Below, one piece after another: positions 33,724-43,810 of a stretch of 64,000 nucleotides of DNA. Each line of letters opens with the position of its first letter. Position 1 is the stretch's first letter. Source of the DNA: an uncultured Planctomycetota bacterium (GTDB lineage: Bacteria > Planctomycetota > PLA2 > JAEUHO01); NCBI GenBank assembly GCA_963802335.1, contig CAWDIE010000008.1, forward strand, positions 436,601-500,600, read 5' to 3'. A program made the position numbers and the translations under genes. Below the pieces are notes generated by a model that was given only the letters and a program-made list of their open reading frames with translations, was not told where the DNA came from and searched no databases.

Positions 33724-36675
33724 TTACATCTGTCGCATGGTGAGACTCACGGTGGCCGTGCCACCCGACACGATGACGACACTCGGAGACGCGTCCGGCG
33801 CGCTGTATCCCTCCCGCGCCGCGCGCAGGGTGTAGCGGCCGGGGGCGAGGTCGGGCATCGAGGCGCGCCCCGCGCCGTCCGTGATCCCGAGCCCGCCGGC
33901 CGAGAGATTCACCAGCGACAGGGTCCGGGTCACGGGTACCCCACGCGCATCGAGCAGGGTCAGCCGTACGCCGCCCAGGCCCTCGCCCGCCGCGTTTTCG
34001 ACCTGGATGTCGAGACCACCCCCACGCGAGAGGCGGCCATCGGCCGTCGCGCCCTCGTCAAGGACCGTCACCTGCTGCTCGGACGGGGCATAGCCGAGCG
34101 CCTCGAAGCCGATCGTGTAGGTACCCGGCTCCAAGCCCCCGACCTGGTACCGTCCGTCGCTGCCGGTCGAGGTCATGGAGAAGAGGAACACCGGGCGCCC
34201 CTGGGCGTCGACGAGAGAGATCGTCGCGTCTTCCACGGGTCGTCCTTCGTCGTCGACCACGCGACCTTGGATCGAGCGGCCCGCGCCCACCCGGTACGTG
34301 CCGGCGTCCAACGCAGCACCCTCCGCGATCTGGATCGGATCCGAGAGGAGACCCGCATGGCTCGTACCCGAGATGCGAACCTGGTACGTCCCGGGTTCGA
34401 GCCCCCCGGCCGAAAACGTACCGTCCTGGCCGGTCGTCGTTTGGGCCTTGACCCGGGACCAGGGCATCTCGGATTCGTCCTCCACGAGCTCGATCTGTAC
34501 CCAGGCTCCGGACACGGGTGCTCCGCTCTCGTTGAGCAGCCGACCGCGAAGGCTCGCCGCGCCGAACTCCACGAGTACGTCCTCGGCCGTTCCCTCCTCG
34601 GAAAGGCGAGTCCGGCGCGTGATGGTGAAGCCGGCCGGCGTCTGGACCTGCACGGTGACGCTGCCCGGCACGAGGCCTTCGCCGCGAAACCGCCCCTGCT
34701 CGTCCGTGTGGACGCTCACCAGGTGGTCGAAGCCGCGCTCGTCCACGAGGGTGACGGTCGCATCCGCGACGGGGCGACCCGCCATCACCACCCGACCCTG
34801 CAGCACCCCCGTGGCGTCCGATCCGCCGATGTCGAAGTCCACGGAAACGTCGCCGGAGGAGCCGACCACCACGTTCGACCGGGAGACCCCGCGCGAGTTC
34901 GCCTCCAACGGCCCCGTGGAAACCGTGTACGTGCCTGCGGCTACGCCCTCGAAGCGGTACCGACCGGACGCATCCGTCCGCGTGCTCCTCGCTTCGAAGA
35001 AGTTGAAGCCAGGGAACATGTTGACCTGTTCGTCGACGACCGGCGAGCCGTCCGCGCTGGCCACGGTCCCGCTCACACTGGCCCCGCGGGTCAAGCGGAC
35101 CGTGAGATCGGCTCCCTGTCCCGGTGGGGACGGCGTCGCGTCGATGGAGGTCTCTGCGTACTCGGGGTGTCGGATTCGCAGCTTCGTGTCCTCCTCGCCG
35201 AGCCCGCGCACATCGAACGCGCCTTCGTCGTCCGTCCGCGCGTAGTGCTCCCGCACGGGACCCGACGGGAAGCCGCCGTGGCGCACGTAGACCTCGGCGC
35301 CGACCACGTGACGGCCGTCTTCATCCACCACGACACCCGACACGGAGCGACTGATCGGCAGCACGACCTCGACCGTAGCCGTTTCCCCGACGACGACGGT
35401 CGTTGCCGGTCCCGCCACGTGGTCGCCGTCCGGCGTCTGCACGGACAGCTGATAGGTTCCCGGGCCCACGTCGATGCGACAGCGGCCTCCCTCCGCGGCC
35501 GAGGGGTAGACCACGCTGTAGGTGTACCCGAACGGTTCCGTGCGGTAGGGGCGCACCCCGAAGACCTCGACCGGCTCCCCGTTGGGCCGCTTGGCGATGA
35601 CTTCCAGGACGCCGGAGCCGGTCAGCGTCAGGCGATTGCCCCCGCTCGGCGAGGGGACGGGATTGGCCATCACTTCGCCGTGTTGCTCGTGGAACGCGAA
35701 GACCATGTAGGAGCCCCGCCGAAGGCCATCGAGCTCGAACGAGCCGTCCGCCGCCGTCCGCACGGTCGCGGCGTTGGCGAAGCTGGGCATGTGAAGCCCC
35801 GACACGTACGCGGCCTCCAGCGGGCGGCCATCGGGGTCCAGCACGACTCCGGTGATCGCCACGCCGGGCTTCATGCGGAACACGAGGTTCGTCGTGCGGT
35901 CGTGCGACACCGCGACGGCGGCCTGGGCCATCGTCTCGAATCCCTTCGCCATTACGACGACGTCGTAGGTCTCCGCCGGCAACCCCCGCAGTGCAGCCTG
36001 CCCCCGCTCGTCCGTCTGGGTACGGCCTTCGCGTACGTCGCGCACGCCGGCGATCTCAGGCCCGACCGCCATGTGCACACCCCAGAGCATGCTCGTGGCC
36101 AGGACGTTCGCGCCGGGGATCGGTCGTCCCGTGTCGTCGGTCACGCGGACGGCGATCGCGTTCTGCGACGGGGTCCGCGCGTCGAGGTCGATCACCTCGA
36201 CGACGTGTTCACTCGCCTCGGGCACGACGGGCGTCGTCTTCGTCACGCCCACGTAGTCCTTGGCCGTGACGTGGAGGTCGAAGCTGCCGGCGGCGAGGCC
36301 GCGGATCTCGTAGGTTCCGTCCCGCTTCGTTCGGACGACGTACCGCTCTCCCCTCGGCTCGAGGGCCACGCGGACCGCGGCCCCGCCCAGCGGCTGGGAT
36401 TCGCCGAGCACGGTCCCCCTCACGCTCGCCGTCCCGCGGTCCAGTGCGAGGACGCCCACGGGATCGCCCTCGATCCAGCGGGGGTCCTGGTTGGCTCGCA
36501 GGGCGACCGAGGTGCCCGTGAGCCGCGCGCCGTCGTCCGGGATCAGGTCGTCCTGGACCTCAATGCCCCCGCCCTCCCGCGTCACGTCGCTTCGCAAGTC
36601 CAGGGGGTCGAGCCCCAGGAACACACCCACGAGCAAGAGAATCGCGAGAATCAGGATGATGACCGACGTCTTCAC
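33724..36675 (-). CDS. Membrane-anchored protein built from about 11 tandem carboxypeptidase-regulatory-like (CarboxypepD_reg/Big-like) beta-sandwich repeats
   Basis: ORF 33724..36675, 983 aa. N-terminal TM MKTSVIILILAILLLVGVFLG. Reiterated about 80-aa units of the form G.V.D..G.P..GA.V......G......TD..G.F...GL.PG.Y.l...a.G. Confidence 0.8.
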   Translation of the reverse strand: MKTSVIILILAILLLVGVFLGLDPLDLRSDVTREGGGIEVQDDLIPDDGARLTGTSVALRANQDPRWIEGDPVGVLALDRGTASVRGTVLGESQPLGGAAVRVALEPRGERYVVRTKRDGTYEIRGLAAGSFDLHVTAKDYVGVTKTTPVVPEASEHVVEVIDLDARTPSQNAIAVRVTDDTGRPIPGANVLATSMLWGVHMAVGPEIAGVRDVREGRTQTDERGQAALRGLPAETYDVVVMAKGFETMAQAAVAVSHDRTTNLVFRMKPGVAITGVVLDPDGRPLEAAYVSGLHMPSFANAATVRTAADGSFELDGLRRGSYMVFAFHEQHGEVMANPVPSPSGGNRLTLTGSGVLEVIAKRPNGEPVEVFGVRPYRTEPFGYTYSVVYPSAAEGGRCRIDVGPGTYQLSVQTPDGDHVAGPATTVVVGETATVEVVLPISRSVSGVVVDEDGRHVVGAEVYVRHGGFPSGPVREHYARTDDEGAFDVRGLGEEDTKLRIRHPEYAETSIDATPSPPGQGADLTVRLTRGASVSGTVASADGSPVVDEQVNMFPGFNFFEARSTRTDASGRYRFEGVAAGTYTVSTGPLEANSRGVSRSNVVVGSSGDVSVDFDIGGSDATGVLQGRVVMAGRPVADATVTLVDERGFDHLVSVHTDEQGRFRGEGLVPGSVTVQVQTPAGFTITRRTRLSEEGTAEDVLVEFGAASLRGRLLNESGAPVSGAWVQIELVEDESEMPWSRVKAQTTTGQDGTFSAGGLEPGTYQVRISGTSHAGLLSDPIQIAEGAALDAGTYRVGAGRSIQGRVVDDEGRPVEDATISLVDAQGRPVFLFSMTSTGSDGRYQVGGLEPGTYTIGFEALGYAPSEQQVTVLDEGATADGRLSRGGGLDIQVENAAGEGLGGVRLTLLDARGVPVTRTLSLVNLSAGGLGITDGAGRASMPDLAPGRYTLRAAREGYSAPDASPSVVIVSGGTATVSLTMRQM

Positions 36676-36821
36676 GGCACGAGCCTCCCGTACGCACGCA
36701 GCGTAACGCGTCGGGGAGAGGCACGGCCGAATTGGAGCCGCTCGCTCGCGCTCGGCCCGCCCGCCTCGTGCCCGGGGCCGGTGCGTGGGCCCCTCGGCCT
36801 CGGCGCTACGAGGTCCTCGGG

Positions 36822-36876
36822 CGAGGCTGCCTCCGCACGGACGAAAAGTTCGACGACGAGGCTGCCTCCGTATGGA
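36822..36876. promoter_or_regulatory. Two copies of CGAGGCTGCCTCCGyAyGGA (each containing the 11-bp palindrome GAGGCTGCCTC), 35 nt apart
   Basis: Copies at 36822..36841 and 36857..36876, 18/20 identical. They lie in the 224-nt gap between the proS stop and the start of the 983-aa repeat protein (minus strand). Confidence 0.35.
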
Positions 36877-36899
36877 ACTCGTACGACACGTTCGGGGAT

Positions 36900-38405
36900 C
36901 TAGTAGGCGCGGGCGTAGAGGACGGTGTGCTTGGCCGGCTTACCGGAGATGAGGTCCTTGCGGTCGCCCGGGTCGGCGCCCTCGAAGGGAATGACCCGGA
37001 TCGTGGCGTTGGTTCGCTCCTTCACTGCCGCCTCGGTCGCCTCGTCGCCGTCCCAGCCGCCCCGGTAGAACCCGGGGTGCTTCTCGATTGCCTCGGCCAA
37101 TTCGTCGATGGTCGCCACGTCGTAGGTCCGCTCGTCGCGCGCGGCGCGCGCTCGCTCGAGCATGTCCGACTGGATCGTGTCCAACAGCAGCGGCAGCTTC
37201 TCGACCAGCGCGGACACGGCCATCGGCTCCTTCGCCCGGTTGTCCCGACGGACGGTCATGACCCCGTCCTTGTCCACGTCGCGCGGGCCGACTTCCAGCC
37301 GCAGCGGCACTCCCTTGCGCTCCCACTCGAAGTACTTCGCGCCGGGCTTCATGTTTTCGCGGTCGTCGACCTTCGCGCGGAACCCGAGGTCCTTCACGAT
37401 CCGCGCCACCTTGTCGGCGTGCGCCATGACCGCGTCCTTCTCGCCGCCCTTGCGGTAGATCGGGACGATCACGATCGGGAGGGGAGCGACCTTGGGCGGC
37501 AGCACCAGGCCCACGTCGTCGGAGTGCGTCATCACCAATCCGCCGATCAAGCGCGTGGAGACGCCCCAGGACGTCGCCCACACGTGGTCGCGCTCACCCT
37601 CCTGGTTCTGGAAGGTCACGTCGAAGGCCTTGGCGAAGTTCTGGCCCAGGAAGTGGCTGGTGCCGGCCTGCAGCGCCCAACCGTTCTGCATCATGGCCTC
37701 GATGGCGTAGGTGTCGACGGCGCCGGGGAAGCGCTCGCTCGCGGTCTTCACGCCCTGGATGACGGGCATGGCGAGGATCTCCTCGCAGAAGTCGCGGTAC
37801 ACGTCGAGCATCTGCCGCGCCTCGGCGACCGCCTCGTCGCTCGTGGCGTGGGCCGTGTGGCCCTCCTGCCAGAGGAATTCGGCCGTGCGCAGGAAGGGGC
37901 GGGTTCGCATCTCCCATCGCATCACGTTCGCCCACTGGTTGATGAGGATGGGGAGGTCGCGCCAGGAGTCGATCCACCGGCCGTACATATGCCAGATGAC
38001 CGTCTCCGAGGTGGGACGGATGATGAACTCCTCCTCCAAGCGGCTCGCCGGATCCGGCTCGACGCTCTGGACGCCGTCCTTCTCGACGGTGCGCAGGCGG
38101 TAGTGCGTGACGATCGCGCACTCCTTCGCGAACCCCTCGACGTGCTCGGCTTCCTTGGCCAGGAAAGAGCGCGGGATCAGGAGCGGGAAGTACGCGTTCT
38201 CGTGGCCGGTCTCCTTGAATCGACGATCGAGATCCGCCCGGATCGCCTCCCAGAGCCCATACCCGTTCGGCCGGATGACCATGCACCCGCGGACCGGTGA
38301 GTAGTCCATCAGCTCGCCCGCCTGGACGATGTCGAGGTACCACTTGGAGTAGTCCTCGGCCCGGGGCGTGATGACGTCCGCCTTTTTTCCCTGCTTGTCG
38401 GCCAT
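36900..38405 (-). CDS. proS: Prolyl-tRNA synthetase, archaeal/eukaryote-like type (no INS editing domain)
   Basis: ORF 36900..38405, 501 aa: DYSKWYLDIVQAGELMDYSPVRGCMVIRPNGYGLWE, FLRTAEFLWQEGHTAH, GTSHFLGQNFAKAF. The C-terminal Zn-binding-type domain ends in Tyr (..LYARAY), characteristic of this ProRS class. Confidence 0.93.
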   Translation of the reverse strand: MADKQGKKADVITPRAEDYSKWYLDIVQAGELMDYSPVRGCMVIRPNGYGLWEAIRADLDRRFKETGHENAYFPLLIPRSFLAKEAEHVEGFAKECAIVTHYRLRTVEKDGVQSVEPDPASRLEEEFIIRPTSETVIWHMYGRWIDSWRDLPILINQWANVMRWEMRTRPFLRTAEFLWQEGHTAHATSDEAVAEARQMLDVYRDFCEEILAMPVIQGVKTASERFPGAVDTYAIEAMMQNGWALQAGTSHFLGQNFAKAFDVTFQNQEGERDHVWATSWGVSTRLIGGLVMTHSDDVGLVLPPKVAPLPIVIVPIYRKGGEKDAVMAHADKVARIVKDLGFRAKVDDRENMKPGAKYFEWERKGVPLRLEVGPRDVDKDGVMTVRRDNRAKEPMAVSALVEKLPLLLDTIQSDMLERARAARDERTYDVATIDELAEAIEKHPGFYRGGWDGDEATEAAVKERTNATIRVIPFEGADPGDRKDLISGKPAKHTVLYARAY

Positions 38406-38483
38406 GGCTCGGCTCCAGATGCGAAGCCGTAGAGGGTACCGGAAGGAGGCGGTGAGGCCGCCTTGGCGTGGGGGCGCGTCGGC

Positions 38484-39455
38484 TCAGGACAGGGCGAGCA
38501 TGCGCTCCACCGGGAGCAGGGCTCGCTGGCGGAGCTCCTCCTCGACGGTCACCTCCGGCTGGAGATCTCGGAGGCACATGTAGAGCTTCTCCAAGGTGTT
38601 CAGCCTCATGTACGGGCAGACCGCGCACTGGCAACCCGAGTCGGCCGGGGCGCCGATGAGCTCGGCGTCCGGACGCACCTTCTTCATCTGGTGCAGGATG
38701 CCCATCTCCGTGGCGACGATGAACTGCGACTGCGGGCTCTCCTTCACGAAACGGATCAGCTTCGCGGTGGATCCGATGAAGTCGGCCAGGTCGAGCACCG
38801 GTTGCTCGCACTCCGGGTGCGCGATCAGCAGCGCTTCCGGGTGGTCCCGCTTCATGCCGATCATGCGGCGCGCCGTGAACTGCTCATGTACTACGCAGAA
38901 GCCCGGCCACTTGACCATCTCACGACCCGTCTGGCGCTCCACCCAGCGTCCGAGGTGACGGTCCGGAGCGAACACGATCGCCTTGTCCTCGGGAATGGAT
39001 TCGACGACCTGGACCGCGTTGCTCGACGTGCAGATGATGTCGCTGAGCGCCTTGATGGCGGCAGACGTGTTGATGTAGGACACGACGACGTGGTCGGGAT
39101 AGTCCGCCAGCCACGCGGCGAAGGCGTCGGGCGGGCATCGGTCGGCGAGGCTGCACCCCGCATCCGTGTCCGGCATGACGACGACCTTCTCCGGGTTCAG
39201 GATCTTCGCCGTCTCGGCCATGAAGTGCACACCGCAGAACGCGATGACGTCGGCGTCCGTCTTGGCGGCCTGCTGGCTCAGCCCCAGGCTGTCGCCCACG
39301 AAGTCGGCGAGATCCTGGATCTCACCCTCCTGGTAGTAGTGGGCGAGGAGAACGGCGTTTCGCTTCTCCTTCAGCTCCAGGATCGCTTCTTCCAGGTCGA
39401 GCTCCGGGTCCACGGGCTCTCGTTCCTGGAGGGCAAACGGACTCGCGCTGGCCAT
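38484..39455 (-). CDS. nadA: Quinolinate synthase
   Basis: Inner part of ORF 38484..39674 from ATG 39455 ([11 protein letters not shown]...). [60 protein letters not shown] and CPYM blocks are typical of NadA. Confidence 0.92.
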   Translation of the reverse strand: MASASPFALQEREPVDPELDLEEAILELKEKRNAVLLAHYYQEGEIQDLADFVGDSLGLSQQAAKTDADVIAFCGVHFMAETAKILNPEKVVVMPDTDAGCSLADRCPPDAFAAWLADYPDHVVVSYINTSAAIKALSDIICTSSNAVQVVESIPEDKAIVFAPDRHLGRWVERQTGREMVKWPGFCVVHEQFTARRMIGMKRDHPEALLIAHPECEQPVLDLADFIGSTAKLIRFVKESPQSQFIVATEMGILHQMKKVRPDAELIGAPADSGCQCAVCPYMRLNTLEKLYMCLRDLQPEVTVEEELRQRALLPVERMLALS

Positions 39456-39513
39456 GGTGCAATCTCCGGGTTGCTGGAGGGCGCATTGTAGGGGCGCGGC
39501 GCGCCTCTCGGGA

Positions 39514-40170
39514 TCAAGCGTCGGACGCGAACGGGGGAAGAGGCCCCGTGACGAACGGGCCACCGGGGAGCAACGCGCTCGCGTGGCCGACCAGCGACGC
39601 GCGGACCTCTTCGAACGGCACCTCGCCCCCGAGCAGCTCCTGCATGGACGCCATGACGCTTCCCTCGAGCCCACACGGCGCGAATAGACGGAAGGTGGAC
39701 AGGTCGGTGTTGACGTTGAGCGCGAGGCCGTGCCACGTCACCCAGCGCCGCACCGCGATCCCGATGCTCTGGAGCTTCTTGCCCTGACACCACACGCCGG
39801 TCCAGCCCTCCTTGCGCTCGCCCACGAGGTCGAAGTCGCCCAGCGTGCGGATGCCTACTTCCTCGAGATCCCGCTGGAAGCGATGCAGATCCCGGCGTGC
39901 TTGCGTGAGATGCACGATGGGGTAGGCGACGAGTTGTCCGGGACCGTGGTAGGTGGCCTCGCCGCCTCGTTCGACCTTCACGACGTCGACCCCAGCCGGG
40001 TAGTCCCTCGCGTGCGGCGTCTTCCGCCCGAGGGTGATGACCGGGGGGTGCTCACCCGTCAGCAGGAGGTTGGGCAGGAGGTTCGCGGCGCGCGCGAGGA
40101 CCAACCGCTGCTGGAGTTCGTGCAAGTCGGCGTACGGGGCCTGGCCCCAGCTGTGGTGGACTCCGGGCAT
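39514..40170 (-). CDS. lipB: Lipoyl(octanoyl) transferase
   Basis: ORF 39514..40170: [56 protein letters not shown]. These are canonical LipB blocks including the catalytic Cys context. Confidence 0.9.
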   Translation of the reverse strand: MPGVHHSWGQAPYADLHELQQRLVLARAANLLPNLLLTGEHPPVITLGRKTPHARDYPAGVDVVKVERGGEATYHGPGQLVAYPIVHLTQARRDLHRFQRDLEEVGIRTLGDFDLVGERKEGWTGVWCQGKKLQSIGIAVRRWVTWHGLALNVNTDLSTFRLFAPCGLEGSVMASMQELLGGEVPFEEVRASLVGHASALLPGGPFVTGPLPPFASDA

Positions 40171-40232
40171 GGCTCCATGGTGCCCGAGCGCACCCGGAGC
40201 GTCCCGTCCGGACGCGGAGGTCGAGCGCTCCC

Positions 40233-40481
40233 TCAGCCCTGCGCGTGGGCCTCGACCATCACCAGGGCTTCCTTCAGGTGTTCGACCGACTTCGCCAGGT
40301 CGATCGAGTGCCCGGCGTGGTGGATCTTGTCGAGCATCTGCTTGCCCTCTTCGGTCCTGACGCCCTTGAGCATGCGCTCGGCCGAGCCGCAGTGGACACG
40401 GAGCGAGCCACGCTCCCCGCGTTCCGCGCTCACCATTCCGCGCTCGATCGCGGTCTTGAGGTTGCCCCAGTCGATCTGCAT
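40233..40481 (-). CDS. Small His-rich helical protein, unknown function
   Basis: ORF 40233..40481, 82 aa, good GC3 bias. C-terminal KIHHAGHSIDLAKSVEHLKEALVMVEAHAQG is reminiscent of small metal-binding helical proteins (speculative). Confidence 0.5.
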   Translation of the reverse strand: MQIDWGNLKTAIERGMVSAERGERGSLRVHCGSAERMLKGVRTEEGKQMLDKIHHAGHSIDLAKSVEHLKEALVMVEAHAQG

Positions 40482-40625
40482 GGCCTTCTCCCGTAGACGC
40501 AGTGGTACGCCGCGGGCGCGCTCCCCACCGGTCGTCGAGAGGACGCCCGGCCCGGAGGCATCATGGCAGAAGGACGCGAATGGGGCAACCTCCCGGGAAT
40601 TCAGGGCCAGCGATGGGCGTGTCCG

Positions 40626-41666
40626 CTAGCTCCGCCGGGCATCGAAGGCCGCGCTCTCGACGATGTCGGCGAGGCGCTCGGGGTCGGTGCGCGCGTTGGC
40701 GGCCGCCAGGGCCAGGCGGTCACGGACGTACGCGACACCGACCTGGTTGTCGGTGGCCGGTCCGGCGATCACGTCGATCGGCAACCCGCGCTCCTGGAGC
40801 CACGCCTTGCCGCCCCACGCGGCCACGAGGTCGTTGGCACAGAGGACGTGGGCGCGGATCAGACCCCGGAACTCGTCGTTCGTCAGGATCGTCTCCACGC
40901 CGTAGCAGCCGATGATCCCATCGCCCATTTCGGCCACCACGACGTCCAACTCCCGCCCGGCCTCGGCTTCGATCGAGTGCAGCAAGCTGAGCGCGATCGG
41001 GCCCACGTCGTCGAGACCCGCCGTGCTCGGATGACCGCAGTCCACGAACGACAGGGTGGCGAGCGCGCCGTGATCGGCCATGTTGAGCGTGTCGCGCAGC
41101 GCGGCCACACCCGTGAGCTTTACTCCGCCACAGGCGTATCCACGTGCGCTTAGCTGGCTGATCACCTCGCAGGCCGCGTAGGTCTTGCCGCTGTTCATGC
41201 ACGTCCCGGATACGACCACCAGCGGCGGGGTGCGAGCCTCCTCCCTGCGGACGGGGACGGCGACGTCGGCGATGTTCACGCCCTCGCCCCCTCGCGTGAC
41301 CATGCCCAGCACCTCCACACGGAGCGGCCGGCCCACATCCTGGTTCACCCCGATCACGTCCCCGAGAACGCCTCCCAGGTTGAGCAGGTGCAGGGTGTCG
41401 CCCGCCTTGATCGACTCGGGCACGCGCCCCACGTAGCCCCGGAGCGCATCCCGACGCCCCAGCGCGCCGACGATCACGTCACCCTTGCCGACGTGGGCCA
41501 TGCGGCCGCTGGTCAACTCCATGACGTCGTACACACGCTTTTCTTCCAGCGCGCGCACCACGAGCACCTGGCCCGAGCGGCTCTCGACGATGCGGCTGAA
41601 CTCGACCTCTTCGCCGAGACCGAGCCGCGCGACCACGCTGCCGACCTTGTGCGGACGGATCTTCAT
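40626..41666 (-). CDS. Uncharacterised two-domain protein: N-terminal beta-rich domain plus DTBS/CobQ/MinD-like P-loop domain (GTxxxxGKT)
   Basis: ORF 40626..41666, 346 aa. P-loop PLVVVSGTCMNSGKTYAACEV. The start ATG overlaps the argG stop (ATGA at 41663..41666). No family name could be assigned by eye. Confidence 0.75.
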   Translation of the reverse strand: MKIRPHKVGSVVARLGLGEEVEFSRIVESRSGQVLVVRALEEKRVYDVMELTSGRMAHVGKGDVIVGALGRRDALRGYVGRVPESIKAGDTLHLLNLGGVLGDVIGVNQDVGRPLRVEVLGMVTRGGEGVNIADVAVPVRREEARTPPLVVVSGTCMNSGKTYAACEVISQLSARGYACGGVKLTGVAALRDTLNMADHGALATLSFVDCGHPSTAGLDDVGPIALSLLHSIEAEAGRELDVVVAEMGDGIIGCYGVETILTNDEFRGLIRAHVLCANDLVAAWGGKAWLQERGLPIDVIAGPATDNQVGVAYVRDRLALAAANARTDPERLADIVESAAFDARRS

Positions 41667-42898
41667 GCAGATGCTCCCTCGTCGTTTCCGCGCGCCTCGT
41701 CCCCTCGCGCCTTGGCACGCCGGGCCAGCATCGGTGCGAGCCCGTAGATGCGGGCGAACCCCGCGGCTTCCTCACCCGACCAGCCCGTCGCGCCTTCGCC
41801 GTACACGGCGACCTCCGGGTCCATCATCGAATAGGCGGAGCGCGTGCCTACGATCCCGATGTCGCCTTTGTACAGACGCACCCGCACGTCCCCGGTGACG
41901 CGGGCGTTCGCGCTGTCCAAGAACGACTCCAGGTCGCGCATGATGGGGTCGTAGTACATCCCCTCGTGCATCAGGTTGCCGTAGAAGCTGCCGAGCGCAT
42001 CCCGCCAGTACGCCTGCCAGCGGGTCTGCACGAGCTTGGTCAGGTCCCGGTGGGCGCGCACGAGGATGAGCGGGCCGGGCGCTTCGAAGGCGAGGCGTCC
42101 CTTGACGCCGAGAATGGTGTCCCCTACGTGGATGCCGCGGCCGACCCCGTGGGGCCGCGCGCGTTCGTTCAGCCGCGCGACGAGCTCGACGCCGCTCAGG
42201 CTCTCTCCATCCAGCGCCACGGGGAGACCCTCGCGGAAGGCAATCACCATCTCTTCCGCCGCGGACAGGCCTGCCTCCGGGGCCACCGTCATGCGGTAGA
42301 CCTCCTCCGGCGGCGTCGACCAGCTGTCGTGCGTCTCGCCGCCACCGATCGTCGTACCGAACAAGCCCTCGTTGATCGAGTAGCGCACCGTCTTGGCCGG
42401 CACGTCGACGCCGTGCTCCGCCAGCCAGGTCGACTCTTCTTCGCGCGACCAGTTCAGGTCGCGGATGGGGGCGTGAATGGCGAGCTGGGGCGCGAGCGCG
42501 CGAATGGCCGCATCGAACCGGATCTGGTCGTTGCCCGCGCGGGTGCTGCCGTGCGCCACGGCGTCGGCCCCGATCTCGAGCGCGACCCGTACCACCGCCT
42601 CCGCCTGGGCCGTCCGCTCGGCGCCCACACTGACCGGGTACGTCCCGCCGCGCAGGACGTCTCCTTTGATGAGATAGGCCACGAAGCGGTCGAAGACATC
42701 ATGGCGGGCGTCGATGACACGATGATCCGACACGCCCAGCTGGGTTGCCCGCTCAGCGATCTCCTTCAACTCGTCCGGCGCGAACCCCCCGGTGTCCACG
42801 GTGACGGTCACGATCTCGGCGTTCTCCCTCTCGCGGAGGTAGATCGCCGCGAAGGTCGTGTCGAGGCCGCCTGAGAATGCGAGGACGATGCGCTTCAT
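41663..42898 (-). CDS. argG: Argininosuccinate synthase
   Basis: ORF 41663..42898: MKRIVLAFSGGLDTT (PP-loop SGGLDT), AHGSTRAGNDQIRF, SINEGLFGTTIGGGE. About 410 aa. Confidence 0.93.
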   Translation of the reverse strand: MKRIVLAFSGGLDTTFAAIYLRERENAEIVTVTVDTGGFAPDELKEIAERATQLGVSDHRVIDARHDVFDRFVAYLIKGDVLRGGTYPVSVGAERTAQAEAVVRVALEIGADAVAHGSTRAGNDQIRFDAAIRALAPQLAIHAPIRDLNWSREEESTWLAEHGVDVPAKTVRYSINEGLFGTTIGGGETHDSWSTPPEEVYRMTVAPEAGLSAAEEMVIAFREGLPVALDGESLSGVELVARLNERARPHGVGRGIHVGDTILGVKGRLAFEAPGPLILVRAHRDLTKLVQTRWQAYWRDALGSFYGNLMHEGMYYDPIMRDLESFLDSANARVTGDVRVRLYKGDIGIVGTRSAYSMMDPEVAVYGEGATGWSGEEAAGFARIYGLAPMLARRAKARGDEARGNDEGASA

Positions 42899-43005
42899 GT
42901 CCGCCGCCCTCCCCGGCGGCCCGCGCCGAATGGTAGACGCCGTCGAGGCCGCGCTTACGAAAAGGAGGTCGCGGTGGGCGGCACACCCTCCGGTAGGCTG
43001 GCGTC

Positions 43006-43536
43006 TTGGCTCACGGAGGACGCGACGTGAAGGACGAGCAAGCCCCCGTGGTCCTGGTCCCGAGGTCAGGCCCCCCCTGGCCGCTGGTGCCGAAGCTGGT
43101 TTCCATCAGCCTGCTCCTGGGGAGCTTCGTTTCGGTCGAGGTCCTGCTCCGCGTCCTCCCGCACGAGAGCCCCGAAGACTGGCAACGCCTCGTCGACGCC
43201 GTCGGTGCGCTCTTCGTCACCGTGATCGTGCCGGGTTCCTTCCTGGCGGTCGTCTTCAGCCTGCTCCTCTTCTGGCCTCAGCGTCGTACCTTCCTGCACC
43301 AGCGCTGGGCGCAGATCAAGATTGCCCTGCTCGTGCTGACCTTGCCCGCCCTGCACCTCCTCGCACGCGACGTGTTCACCGGCATCCGGGCCGACGTCGA
43401 GGCCGCGCGCTTTGTCGAGGCCGGCGAGGGGCTGGACACCTTTCGGCTCCTCGTCGAGGTGACGATCGCCGTTCTGCTCGTGGTGGTCTGGATCGCACGC
43501 ATGAAGCCAGGCGCGCACAAGGGGCGTACCTCCTGA
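43006..43536 (+). CDS. Hypothetical 4-TM membrane protein
   Basis: ORF 43006..43536. TM helices LVSISLLLGSFVSVEVLL, ALFVTVIVPGSFLAVVFSLLLF, IKIALLVLTLPALHLL, VTIAVLLVVVWIA. No family recognised. Confidence 0.6.
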   Translation: MAHGGRDVKDEQAPVVLVPRSGPPWPLVPKLVSISLLLGSFVSVEVLLRVLPHESPEDWQRLVDAVGALFVTVIVPGSFLAVVFSLLLFWPQRRTFLHQRWAQIKIALLVLTLPALHLLARDVFTGIRADVEAARFVEAGEGLDTFRLLVEVTIAVLLVVVWIARMKPGAHKGRTS

Positions 43537-43581
43537 GCCGCCGACCGGGTTGGGCTTGAAGGTCCCTGCGAGGCAGACGGT

Positions 43582-43666
43582 CTCACGATCCACCTACGAA
43601 GAGACGGGGCCGTCCTGATGGAACGACCCCGTCTGGAGGTGGTACGGGCGAAAGGACTTGAACCTC
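43582..43666 (-). repeat. Copy A of an 85-nt duplication: tRNA-Arg 3' end (T-arm 3' part, acceptor 3' strand, CCA) plus downstream hairpin
   Basis: ctcacgatccacctacgaagagacggggccgtcctgatggaacgaccccgtctggaggtggtacgggcgaaaggacttgaacctc is 83/85 identical to 43811..43895. Weaker similarity continues to about 43546 versus about 43787. Confidence 0.9.
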
Positions 43667-43810
43667 GGGGCTCCGGCTTCGCCTTCGCTCCGAGGTTGGA
43701 ACCTCCCCGTGTTTGTCGAGGGGGGCCTGTGTAGGCCCCGCTTCGCGCGCTCGAGCCTGGCCATGCCAGGATCGACCGCTCTCCCCCCGACCCGGTTGGA
43801 TGCTCAAGTC

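Noticed and set aside
43639-43810. The sequence between the two tRNA-3' repeats considered as a second tRNA, a tRNA-Sec, an intron-containing tRNA or a tmRNA.
   Set aside because: No 5' acceptor strand complementary to cgcccgt is present (best pairing is 5/7). There is no D-arm or anticodon arm in register. It is far too short for tmRNA or a group I intron, and it lacks the tmRNA 5' GGGG...GAC signature.
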